DNA of 64,000 bases, taken from Planctomycetota bacterium. Its GTDB lineage: Bacteria; Planctomycetota; SZUA-567; H5-PLA8. Shown in pieces: positions 1-9,612 of this stretch; the stretch's first letter is position 1, and each line of letters starts with the position of its first letter. The stretch covers positions 9,294 to 73,293 of the forward strand of contig BTVV01000013.1 in the NCBI GenBank assembly GCA_045863855.1, read 5' to 3'. The notes below the pieces were generated by a model. It had not been told where the DNA came from. It saw only the letters and a program-made list of their open reading frames with translations, and did no database searches. The translations under genes and the position numbers were made by a program.

Positions 1-705
1 GCTCCCACGCCGCAACCTCCGACGGGCACGCAATTCGCGTTCGTGCGCTGGTCGGACGGTGTGCGCGAGGCCAGGCGCGAGATCGCGTGGCCGTCGCGCG
101 ATACGATTCGGGAAGCCCTCTTTCGGCCCGCGCTACTGCCTGCTCTGCCCGAAGACTCGGACGACGACGGCGTGAGCGATGTGGATGAAGAGGAGGCGGC
201 GACCGATCCGGAAGATCCCGAACGCTATCCCTCAAGTACTCTGAGCGTGACGCGCGTGGCCGGGGCGGTGCGGTTTACCAAGCCGGGGTTGGATACGCTG
301 ACCCTGGCGGGAACGCTGCCGGAGGTTCCGGCTGCATTGGAAGCGGAAGGCGTTTTGGTGCGCGTGGAAGTAGCCGGAGCAGAAGTGCCGTTCGTGCTCG
401 ATGCGAAAGGGAAGGGGCTTTCCCAGCAGGGTACGCTGAAATTTACGGGTACGGCCTTTGAGCGCGAGACGAACGGCGGTTCGCGGCGTTTTATCGGTGG
501 ATCGGCGTCATTCACCGCGATACTTAAACGTGGCGATTGGGCGGGTGTTTGGACGGACTACGGGTTGCTTCCAGCCAGCGGCCCGACATACATGCCGCTC
601 CTCCTGCCCGTGCGGGTGCGCTTGGGCGGACGCGTTTTCGAGACCGAGGTAAGTGTGCTGTACCTTTCGCGTTCGGCGGCGTCCGGCAGCATTAAGGGCC
701 CTTGA
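1..705 (+). CDS. hypothetical protein, 3' part (gene begins upstream of window)
   Basis: Open frame runs from nt 1 with no upstream stop and ends at TGA 703-705. Contains an acidic D/E-rich stretch (PEDSDDDGVSDVDEEEA). No recognisable family. Confidence 0.4.
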   Translation, partial: APTPQPPTGTQFAFVRWSDGVREARREIAWPSRDTIREALFRPALLPALPEDSDDDGVSDVDEEEAATDPEDPERYPSSTLSVTRVAGAVRFTKPGLDTLTLAGTLPEVPAALEAEGVLVRVEVAGAEVPFVLDAKGKGLSQQGTLKFTGTAFERETNGGSRRFIGGSASFTAILKRGDWAGVWTDYGLLPASGPTYMPLLLPVRVRLGGRVFETEVSVLYLSRSAASGSIKGP

Positions 706-744
706 AACGGGCGGCTCGCCGGGCGCCCGGTATGGAGTCTCCTC

Positions 745-1446
745 GTGAATCTTGGTGCTTTCGGCGAACTGGCGCGCACGCGCCGCGCCACGCGCAGTTT
801 CCTTCCCGAACCGGTGCCCGAAGAGACGTTGCACGAGTTGCTCGATTGCGCGCGCTGGGCGCCCAGCGGTTACAACCTCCAGCCCACCCACTTCATCGTG
901 ATGAACGATCCGGCCCGCAAGGAGGCTCTGTGCCGAGCTTGTTTGAACCAGAAGCAGATTCGCGAAGCTCCGGTAACGGTGCTATTTGCGGGCGACCGGG
1001 ACGTCGCATCCAACCACTTCGAAGACATCCTCAAGCTGGACCGGGAAGCTCAGGCCATCGACGCCGCGTACGAGACGCTGCTGCGTAAGGTGGTCCCTCT
1101 GGCCTTCGGTCGCGGTCCGCTCGGGTTGCTCGCCCTCGCCAAGCGGATCTACGTGACGATTGCACACCCGTTCACACCCCTGCCGGACGTTCCGGCGGCT
1201 AACATGGATCGGTGGCTCACCCGGCAGGCGATGCTGGCGGCCATGAACTTCATGCTCGCGGCGCACGCGGCAGGCTTGGCGACGGTACCGATGGAGGGCT
1301 TCGACCCGCGGCGCGTGCGCGATGTCGCGGGCTTGCCGAGGCGTATGTTGGTTACGCTGGTGGTGCCCGTTGGCTACGCCGCGCCTGGGACGCGATCGAA
1401 AACGCGCCTGCCGTTGGAGCGGCTGGTGCATCGGAATGGATGGTAG
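745..1446 (+). CDS. nitroreductase family protein
   Basis: 233 aa with a GTG start. Motifs RRATRSF...LLDCARWAPSGYNLQP and MEGFD are typical of the NADH/FMN nitroreductase fold. Confidence 0.75.
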   Translation: MNLGAFGELARTRRATRSFLPEPVPEETLHELLDCARWAPSGYNLQPTHFIVMNDPARKEALCRACLNQKQIREAPVTVLFAGDRDVASNHFEDILKLDREAQAIDAAYETLLRKVVPLAFGRGPLGLLALAKRIYVTIAHPFTPLPDVPAANMDRWLTRQAMLAAMNFMLAAHAAGLATVPMEGFDPRRVRDVAGLPRRMLVTLVVPVGYAAPGTRSKTRLPLERLVHRNGW

Positions 1447-1642
1447 AATCTTAGAGGGGCGATTTTGAATTTTGGATTGCGCGCGCTCCGCACAAAGGTG
1501 CGTAACTGAATGAGCGACTAGAGGGATCAACGCCCCTAGATTCAGATGCTATGGGCGCCCTACTGCCGACCCCATGCTCGCAAGCCGCAGCCTTCAATCC
1601 TCGAATCAAAATCCAGCATCCGAAATCGAACGCCTCCCATCC

Positions 1643-3529
1643 TTACGCGCCAGGCAGAAGCGCCTCGTATCCGGGCAGGTCCGCACCGTTGAGGCAGCTT
1701 TCGATGATTTTGCGCCCCAGCGGATCCAGTTCCTTGCATTCCAGATAGGGCTTCAGTTCGCGTACGAAGAAGTCGTGCAGCATCTTCGCGCCGCGGTCGT
1801 AGGTTTCGACGCCGACCTCGGGCTGCGTTTCGACTTGCAGGAACCACTGCGCGATCTGCGTGCCTTCGATCACGATGGACTTCAGCGCGAAGCCCAGGAG
1901 CGGGCAGCGCGCGGCCTGGAGCTGATCGGGCCGGAAGCGCGCGCCGCCGCGCCGGGCGAGGTATTCGCGCACGATCCACTGCGGTGCGAAACCGACCTGC
2001 CAGACGCCAACATGCTGGTTGGGCGTAATGATGTAGCGCGTGCCGGGGGTCTTGCGGATCTGCGCCAGCAGTAAATTGGCCTGATCGACTTGGCGGCCGG
2101 TGCTGAACGGCCAATAGCTACCCACACCTTCGCTGCTGAGCGGCTTCGACTCGGTGATGCTGGGGTTCGCGTGCCCGCGAGGCGCCACGAGTCGCCAGAG
2201 CCACGCCAGCGACGGAGGCAGCAGGTGCAGGATGCCGAGGATTCCGTAGCTGGGCGCCAAACGCGAGCAGGGTGGGCAGCGTACGCCAAAGCTGCGCACG
2301 TCCACTTCGACCGGCTTGTCCACGACGCCCGGCACGATGCGCCGCGGCAGGATCACACGCGGATTGGGACACGGTTCGCCCGGCCGGTCTTCGGCGTGCT
2401 CCCAAATCAGACACGTCGCGCCGGGAACCGCGTGGAGGTTCAGGAATACGAGCGGCTCAGGAGGCTGGACGGTCAGACGCTCGAGGATCGGATCGGTGCC
2501 GTAATGGTCGACATGGTTGATGCGCACGAACCAGGCGTCTTCGGCGTCGGTGACGACGAGCTTGGTGCCCTTCTGGTGCAGGGGATGGCAGATGGCCATG
2601 TCGTCGGTGACGGGCCAGAGCGTACAGCCTTGCCCCAGCGCGAGCTTTCGGCGTTCGCCGCTGACGAGGTTCTCGCCGATCAGGAGCCGGCCGTCGTGCT
2701 CGCGGTGCGGGTACTCCAGCATCTCGCTTTTGCCGCCGCCGCTGGCGCCTTCGTGCAAGATCGTCACGATGTTGTCGTAGGGCGTGACCACTTGCACCGT
2801 GGACCCGTGCGCGGTGATCCAGCCCTCTTCTTCCCCGATGGCGAGCAGCACGCCGTAGATGCCCTTCTTGGCGCTGGGGCCGGGGTAGAGGTTCAACGAG
2901 TAGATTTCATGGAGGTCTGGCGAGCGATGGTGCACGACGATCTGCTGACCGTCGCAGTGCGAATGGCGGAAGGGCGGTGCGACGTAAATGACCGCGCGCG
3001 GTTCGTACTTTTCGGGCAGGTTTTCGGGCAGGATCATATTCTGCAAGTCGGCCAGGGCCGCGGCGAAGAAGGCGGCGTTGAGCGGGCAGACCAGAAGCGC
3101 GGCGTAACCAAAATCGTCGCCGCCGGCATAGAAAGGCTGGACGATCAGCGGCTGTCCGCGCAGCCAGTCCATGACCTCTTGCTTCATGCTTTCAAAGGTG
3201 CCCTTGAAGCGTTCATGAAAGCGCGGCTTATCGGATGCGAAACTCCCAGCGACCACCATGCTGTCCGGATCGCGGCGGCGCATGTACGGTTCGGGGTAAT
3301 TGACCGCAAGTCCGTTGCGGCAGCGTACGACTTCGGCTTCGACGACCGAACCGTGGGCAGGCGTTTCGTAACGCACCTCGAAGCGGTCCGAGCCATTCCC
3401 GCCCAGCGCCCATTCGATGAGTTCGGCCCGGTTTTTGGGGATGCGCACTTCAGGCGCGCCCTGCAAAACCTGCTCGAGTTCAGGAGGCAAAACCAAGTTG
3501 GGATGAAGCGCTGAGCTGCTGGCCGGCAT
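1643..3529 (-). CDS. DUF4914-like P-loop (Walker A GASGGGKSE) hypothetical protein
   Basis: About 628 aa from ATG 3529; an alternative TTG start lies at 3574. Carries a Walker-A-like motif HEGASGGGKSEM. The family assignment is from memory and tentative. Confidence 0.5.
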   Translation of the reverse strand: MPASSSALHPNLVLPPELEQVLQGAPEVRIPKNRAELIEWALGGNGSDRFEVRYETPAHGSVVEAEVVRCRNGLAVNYPEPYMRRRDPDSMVVAGSFASDKPRFHERFKGTFESMKQEVMDWLRGQPLIVQPFYAGGDDFGYAALLVCPLNAAFFAAALADLQNMILPENLPEKYEPRAVIYVAPPFRHSHCDGQQIVVHHRSPDLHEIYSLNLYPGPSAKKGIYGVLLAIGEEEGWITAHGSTVQVVTPYDNIVTILHEGASGGGKSEMLEYPHREHDGRLLIGENLVSGERRKLALGQGCTLWPVTDDMAICHPLHQKGTKLVVTDAEDAWFVRINHVDHYGTDPILERLTVQPPEPLVFLNLHAVPGATCLIWEHAEDRPGEPCPNPRVILPRRIVPGVVDKPVEVDVRSFGVRCPPCSRLAPSYGILGILHLLPPSLAWLWRLVAPRGHANPSITESKPLSSEGVGSYWPFSTGRQVDQANLLLAQIRKTPGTRYIITPNQHVGVWQVGFAPQWIVREYLARRGGARFRPDQLQAARCPLLGFALKSIVIEGTQIAQWFLQVETQPEVGVETYDRGAKMLHDFFVRELKPYLECKELDPLGRKIIESCLNGADLPGYEALLPGA

Positions 3530-3711
3530 GCGGTGACTCCCTGGATCTAGATTCCACGGCTTTGGCTGAGCCAAAACCCGCGCTACCCTACCATTCCGGC
3601 GAGCTAAATCAATTCAAGGTTGGACTGAGGATTTAAAGGCGAATGCACATTACGGCTTATGAATTTTCGGGCAAGATGCCCAATCATCACCAACCAAGAA
3701 GCTGTTGGCGC

Positions 3712-5722
3712 CTAGGGGGTATGGCGCCGAACGGCGGCGCGATGGACGATGACCTTGGTCTGATGGGTGCCCACGCCGATTTTGGAACGGTCGCCTAGCG
3801 AAAAGATTTCCATGGCCGGACGATGGTCTTGCGCATTCACGTGCCAGGTGCAAAGCAGCCGTTGATCCAAATAGCCGCGTACTTCGCTATTTCGAACCTC
3901 TACGCGAGCCACCATGCGGCGGCCTTGGGGAATGTCTTCTTGCCGGTAGATATAGGTAGGATTCTCGGTTCCCCAGAATAATTGATCGTCCCAGATGATG
4001 CCGATGGTTCGATAGTCGCGGCACCAAAGTGCGAAGCGAGCATGGTAGGGTCCTTTGCGGAAAATCAGACATACTTCGCCACGTCCGAAATCGGGACCGT
4101 CTTGCTGGTCCTGCGGCAAGACCGTGAATTCGACCTCGTAGTCGTATTCGGCGCCGGCTGGGTCGCCTAGCTTGATCCGCGCATTGGGGTGGCTGTCCGA
4201 ATACAACTCGTTGTTCCGCTTGCGCCACTGGCCTTCCACGCCATGCCCGCGAGGATCCACCGAAGGCAACAGGTTGCGCCAGTCCTGCGCAGTGGCTGGT
4301 GCGGTGGGCCGTGTCTCGGAAACGGCAGGCGCTCCGGTTTTGGCAGCCGGCGCCGCTGGAGCCTCGGTCTTCTCCGCCGGCGCTGCCTGTTTTGGCGCAT
4401 GGGGGTCCTGTACGCCGGGCGCCGAACGGGAGGGCCAAAGGGCCCAAAGCAGTAATAGGGCCAGAAGCGCTCCGGCCGCGCCGCCGGCCCAGAGCATCCA
4501 GGCCGGCCGGTGGTGCCGGGGCTCGGGCTTTCGTGGAGCGTTCCCCCGCGCGCGTGGCGCATAGGTATCCGATAATCCTGGCGGCGCGGACTGCATCCCG
4601 GCGGGATCGGATTTCGCTCGCGGCAGCGCCGAGGTCACCACCTTTTTCTCGGCCAGCGTCTCAGCGGCCAGCTTGGCGGGTGCTTCGCCACGCAGCACGC
4701 GGTCGATATCTTCGAGCAACTCGTCCGGATCCGCGTACCGGCTTTCGGGATCCTTCGCCATCATGCGCAGGATCACGTACTCGCAGCCGCGGCTGATCTT
4801 CGCGTGAACGCGCGTCGGCGGCGTCAATTCGTCGGTGGCGTGCTTTAGCACCACCTCGTAAGCAGTCTGGCCGTCGTAAGGCGTCTTGCCGGTCACCAGA
4901 TGGTAGAGCGTCGCACCGAGCGCGTAGATGTCGGCGCGAATGTCGATGTTCTTGGCGTTGCGGGCTTGCTCGGGCGCCAGGTAATGCGGGGTGCCCATGG
5001 CCATTCCGGTCTGGGTCAGGAAACTGGCCTCGGGATCGGCGCCTTTGACGAGCCCGAAGTCGCTGAGCTTGACCGTACCGGCTCGGTCGAACATCACGTT
5101 CGCTGGTTTCACGTCGCGGTGGACGAGCCCCAAGCGGTGCGCGCCCTGCAGCGCTTTGGCTACGTCACGCACGACTTCCAGGGCCTCGCGTTCCCCCATG
5201 CGCCCCGTCTTGCGCAGGCGGACCGAGAGGTCGCCGCCTTCGATCAGTTCCAGCGTGATGTAGTGGACGCCGCCGTCTTCGCCGTAATCCATGGTCCGGA
5301 CGACATGCGGATGGACAAGTTGCTGGCCCAGTTTGGCTTCGCGGTGAAAGCGCGCCAGCCGTTCGCGGTCCGAAACCAAGTCGGCGGGCAGCACCTTAAG
5401 CGCGACCCGAATGTTGGTGTCCTTGAGCCGGGCTTTGAGCACCGCGCCCATGCCGCCTTGGCCCAGTTTGCCTTCGATTTCGTAGGGGCCAATCTTGGCA
5501 GGGAGTTGCTCGGCGGCCAGCACCGCGGCTTTCATCAGTTGACCCACTTGTGCGGGGGTCAAGAGGCCCTGATCGACCAGCACCTGGCGCAACGCCGGGA
5601 TGGTTGCACCGCCGCGCAGCGCATCCTCTTGGAGCTTCCGGCAGCGTTCCAGATCCGCGGGTCGAACGAGGCCTTCTTCAAGCGCGCGCTGGCCGATTAT
5701 CGAGTCTTCGCTGGCCTTCATC
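3712..5722 (-). CDS. serine/threonine protein kinase with transmembrane segment and C-terminal extracytoplasmic jelly-roll (DUF1080-like) domain
   Basis: Hanks kinase motifs are present: GQGGMGAV..K, HRDVKPAN, DFG, APE. A Pro/Ala-rich linker and a TM helix (WMLWAGGAAGALLALLLLWALW) are followed by a ~190 aa domain. The ORF-track start at 6078 is an Arg-rich extension; the ATG at 5720-5722 (MKASEDS) is preferred. Confidence 0.85.
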
Positions 5723-5881
5723 GCCACCCGCTCCGCCCCGATCCGAGGCCGCATTCTACCGGTACGACTTCGAATTTCACCTGGGGTGCATGAGATTCGG
5801 ATTGGTCGTGGCGGTGAAGCAGCCCAGTGGGTATTTTCGGTCCCCTGTCGTTCACCTTTAGATCGATTGCCTGAGGATGAA

Positions 5882-8800
5882 ATGGCTCGAACACCTCGCC
5901 CCAAAAAGAAGGGGGCCGTAGCGCCCCTGCTGAACCACCCCGCCGAGATTTTTGCTTCCGCGCCTTTGCCCGGGCGGGGCATTCGACCGATTCGCCGGCT
6001 CATGGTGGCCAATCGCAGCGAGATCGCCATCCGTGTCTTCCGCGCGTGCACCGAACTGGGCATAGCGACCGTCGGCATTTACAGCCAGGAAGACAAGCTC
6101 GCGTTGCACCGCTACAAATGCGACGAAGCGTACCTGATCGGCGAAGGCAAGGGGCCGGTTGCGGCCTATTTGGGCATGGAGGAAATCATCCAGCTTGCCC
6201 GCGAAAAGCAAGTCGACGCCATACATCCCGGCTACGGGTTCCTGAGCGAGAACGCGGACTTCGCGGAGAAGGTGATCGCAGCGGGGCTGATCTGGGTGGG
6301 CCCCAGTCCGTCCGTAATGCGCAAAGTTTCGGACAAGGTGGCCGCACGCGAGCTGGCGCAGAAGCTGAAGCTGCCGGTAATTCCCGGCACCGACGGACCC
6401 GTGGGGAGCCTGAACGAAGCGCTGAAGTTCGCTCAATCGGCCGGTTTTCCGGTCATGGTCAAGGCCAGTCACGGCGGCGGCGGACGCGGGATCCGGCTGG
6501 CACGGAGTGCCGCGGAATTGAAGCAACTTCTGCCGCTGGCGCAGCGTGAAGCGAAGCAGGCTTTCGGCAGCGACGAGTGCTACATCGAGAAGGCGCTGGT
6601 CGGTCCGAAGCACCTGGAAGTGCAGATCCTGGGCGATACGCACGGGAACGTCGTTCACCTGTTCGAACGCGATTGTTCGGTGCAGCGCCGCCACCAGAAG
6701 GTGATCGAGATGGCGCCCAGCCTGGTGCTGGACGAGAATGCGCGCCGCGATTTGTGCGGTATGGCCGTGAAATTCGCTCGCGCCGCGGGCTACCAGAACG
6801 CCGGCACCGTCGAATTTCTGCGCGACCGCGACGGAAGCGTGTACCTGATCGAGATGAACGCGCGCATTCAGGTTGAGCACACGGTGACCGAGGAGGTCAC
6901 GGGGATCGATCTGGTGCAGGCGCAGATCCGCGTGGCGCAGGGCTACCGGTTGAGTGACCCGGAGACGCGCGTACCGCCGCAGGACCGGATCGAGCACACC
7001 GGGTACGCGATCCAGTGCCGCATCACGACGGAAGATCCGCGCAAAGGCTTTGCGCCCGACTACGGCCGCATCGGCACCTATCGGTCGGCGGCGGGCTTCG
7101 GGCTCCGGCTCGACGGGGGCACCGCATTCGCCGGGGCGATGATCACGCCCTATTACGATTCGCTGCTGGTGAAAGTGACCGCATACGGGCGCGACTTTGC
7201 CGCTGCCGCCGCGCGGATGTACCGCGGCCTGAGCGAGTTCCGCATCCGCGGCGTGAACACCAACATGCCGTTCCTGCAGAACGTGCTGCGCCACCGTGCG
7301 TTTCTCGAAGGGCGCTGCGACGTGCTCTTCATCGACGAGCACCCGGAACTGCTTCGCTTCCATGAGTCCCGCGACCGCGCGAACAAGCTGCTCGCGTTCC
7401 TCGCCGACATCACCGTGAACGGGAACCCGATCGTCGGTGAAGGGCAGAAAGCGCCGGCTGAGGCCAAGCCGCCCGTGCCGCCGCATCCACAACTGCCGCT
7501 CTCCACCGGGCGCTTATCGGGCGTCCCAGAGGGAACCCGGCAGATTCTGGACCGCGAGGGACCCGACGGGCTGGTGAAGTGGATTCTGCGCCAGAAAAAG
7601 CTGCTGGTCACCGACACGACCTTCCGCGATGCGCATCAGTCGCTGCTGGCGACCCGAATGCGCAGCCACGATCTGCTGCAGATTGCCCCGTATTACGCGG
7701 CGCATGCCGGCGACCTCTTCAGCCTCGAAATGTGGGGCGGGGCGACCTTCGATTCGGCGATGCGCTTCCTCAATGAAGATCCCTGGGAACGTCTGGTCGA
7801 ATTGCGCCGTAAGGTTCCGAACATCCTGTTCCAGATGCTCGTGCGCGGCAGTTCCGCGGTAGGCTACACGAACTATCCCGATAACGTGGTCAAGGCGTTC
7901 GTGAAAGAATCCGCGCAAGCCGGCGTCGATATCTTCCGCATCTTCGACAGCCTTAACTGGCTGCCGGGTATGGAAGTGGCGATCGAAGCCGCGCGCGACA
8001 GCGGGCGCATCTGCGAGGCGGCGATCTGCTACACGGGCGATCTGAACGATCCGAGCAGGTCGAAGTACGGCTTGAAATATTACGTGAGCCTCGCGAAGGA
8101 ACTGGTCAAGCGCGGCACGCAGATTCTCGGCATCAAGGACATGGCCGGCCTGTGCAAGCCTTACGCGGCGCACGCGCTGGTCAAGGCGCTGCGCAACGAA
8201 GTCGGCGTACCGATTCACTTTCACACGCACGACACTTGCGGCGGACAGGCGGCGACGCTGCTAAAGGCCGCCGAGGCCGGCGTGCATATTGCCGACATGG
8301 CCATCGCGAGCATGAGCGGCCTGACGAGCCAGCCGAATCTGAACAGCATGGTTGCCGTGCTCAAGGATTCTCCGCGCGCAACGGGACTCGATCCTTCGGC
8401 GCTCAATCGGATCTCCGAATACTTCGAGCAGGTACGGAAGTTCTATTACCCCTTCGAGAGCGGGATGCAGGCCGGTACCGCCGAGGTGTGGGATCACGAA
8501 ATGCCCGGGGGCCAGTACACGAACCTGCAGGTTCAGGCGAAATCGCTGGGACTCGAGAACCGCTGGGACGAGGTCAAGAAGCAATACCGCGCCGTGAACT
8601 TTCTGTTCGGCGACATTGTGAAAGTAACGCCCAGCAGCAAAATCGTCGGCGACATGGCGCTGTATCTGGTCTCGAACAAACTCACCGCGGAAGACGTCTG
8701 GACCAAGGGCAAGCACCTCAGCTTTCCGGAATCGGTGATCCAGTTTTTCGAAGGGCACATCGGGTTTCCGCCGGGCGGATTCGATAAGAAGCTCCAGCAG

Positions 8801-9442
8801 ATCATCCTGAAAGGCCGCAAGCCGTTGAAGAAGCGCGCCGGCGCGTACCTGAAGCCGGTCAAGCTGCAGGACCTGCGGGAGACTCTGGCGAAAAAGTTCG
8901 GCCCTGAAACCTCCCTGCGCGACGCGCTTTCCGCGGCGTTGTATCCCAAAGTGTACGACGTCTTCGCCGGGCACCGCAAGACGTATGGCGACGTGGCTCC
9001 GATTCCGACCAAGAATTTCCTCTTCGGCATGCAGGTGGACGAAGAGATCCTCGTCGAAATCGAACCGGGCAAGACGCTGATTGTGAAACTCGTTTCGATC
9101 GGCCCCCCTGCCGAGGACGGCACGCGCAAGGTCTATTTCGAACTGAACGGCGGGCCGCGCGACGTATCCGTGCGCGACCGCAGCGTTAAGGCGACGGTGG
9201 TCGAACGGCGCAAGGCCGATCCCGACAATCCGCACCATATGGGCGCGTCCATGCCCGGTGTCGTCGCCGAAGTGAAGGTAAAGAAGGGAAGCGAAGTCAA
9301 GAAGGGAGATGTGTTGATGGTGCTGGAAGCCATGAAGATGCAAGTCAACATCACCGCGCCGGACGACCGGGTGGTGGGGGAGGTCTGTATCGCCACCGGC
9401 GACACCGTAGATGCGGGCGATTTGCTGATAGCGTTCGAATAA
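5882..9442 (+). CDS. pyc: pyruvate carboxylase
   Basis: 1186 aa from ATG 5882. An N-terminal biotin carboxylase ATP-grasp domain is followed by a carboxyltransferase domain (HFHTHDT, HxH). The C-terminal biotinyl domain carries EAMKM. Confidence 0.9.
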   Translation: MARTPRPKKKGAVAPLLNHPAEIFASAPLPGRGIRPIRRLMVANRSEIAIRVFRACTELGIATVGIYSQEDKLALHRYKCDEAYLIGEGKGPVAAYLGMEEIIQLAREKQVDAIHPGYGFLSENADFAEKVIAAGLIWVGPSPSVMRKVSDKVAARELAQKLKLPVIPGTDGPVGSLNEALKFAQSAGFPVMVKASHGGGGRGIRLARSAAELKQLLPLAQREAKQAFGSDECYIEKALVGPKHLEVQILGDTHGNVVHLFERDCSVQRRHQKVIEMAPSLVLDENARRDLCGMAVKFARAAGYQNAGTVEFLRDRDGSVYLIEMNARIQVEHTVTEEVTGIDLVQAQIRVAQGYRLSDPETRVPPQDRIEHTGYAIQCRITTEDPRKGFAPDYGRIGTYRSAAGFGLRLDGGTAFAGAMITPYYDSLLVKVTAYGRDFAAAAARMYRGLSEFRIRGVNTNMPFLQNVLRHRAFLEGRCDVLFIDEHPELLRFHESRDRANKLLAFLADITVNGNPIVGEGQKAPAEAKPPVPPHPQLPLSTGRLSGVPEGTRQILDREGPDGLVKWILRQKKLLVTDTTFRDAHQSLLATRMRSHDLLQIAPYYAAHAGDLFSLEMWGGATFDSAMRFLNEDPWERLVELRRKVPNILFQMLVRGSSAVGYTNYPDNVVKAFVKESAQAGVDIFRIFDSLNWLPGMEVAIEAARDSGRICEAAICYTGDLNDPSRSKYGLKYYVSLAKELVKRGTQILGIKDMAGLCKPYAAHALVKALRNEVGVPIHFHTHDTCGGQAATLLKAAEAGVHIADMAIASMSGLTSQPNLNSMVAVLKDSPRATGLDPSALNRISEYFEQVRKFYYPFESGMQAGTAEVWDHEMPGGQYTNLQVQAKSLGLENRWDEVKKQYRAVNFLFGDIVKVTPSSKIVGDMALYLVSNKLTAEDVWTKGKHLSFPESVIQFFEGHIGFPPGGFDKKLQQIILKGRKPLKKRAGAYLKPVKLQDLRETLAKKFGPETSLRDALSAALYPKVYDVFAGHRKTYGDVAPIPTKNFLFGMQVDEEILVEIEPGKTLIVKLVSIGPPAEDGTRKVYFELNGGPRDVSVRDRSVKATVVERRKADPDNPHHMGASMPGVVAEVKVKKGSEVKKGDVLMVLEAMKMQVNITAPDDRVVGEVCIATGDTVDAGDLLIAFE

Positions 9443-9612
9443 CGTACAGTCGGGTTTCGTCCCTCCGGTGCATCGGGTCCAAGGATATGCACTAAGGGAA
9501 GGCAGAATGTGTTCCGATCATACTTTTCAACCGGTACGCAGGTCTAACGGTTGCAATTCCAGCGCAAGCGCGCACATTAACGGGGTCAGCCGATTCGTCT
9601 GAGGAGCCGCAG

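Noticed and set aside
5600-5881. Upstream extension of the pyruvate carboxylase ORF to 5600, and similar N-terminal extensions (6078 for the kinase, 13324 for the DUF3160-like gene, 23779 for the receiver, 61168 for the histidine kinase, 22628 for moaA)
   Set aside because: The extended regions are Arg-rich junk and overlap neighbouring genes. Internal ATG/GTG starts with ribosome-binding sites give proteins of canonical length.
5858-7492. 544-aa ORF on the minus strand inside pyc, and similar long ORFs 2090-3514(+), 8261-9343(-), 12949-14496(+), 16598-17479(+), 21552-22538(+), 22960-24381(+), 24734-25867(+), 26086-29187(+), 36106-38166(+), 48827-49954(-), 51801-52874(+), 52946-54175(+), 57145-58608(-)
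   Set aside because: All are antisense or alternate-frame shadows of well-supported genes in GC-rich DNA. Their translations are Arg/Ala/Gly/Pro-rich low-complexity sequence without motifs.
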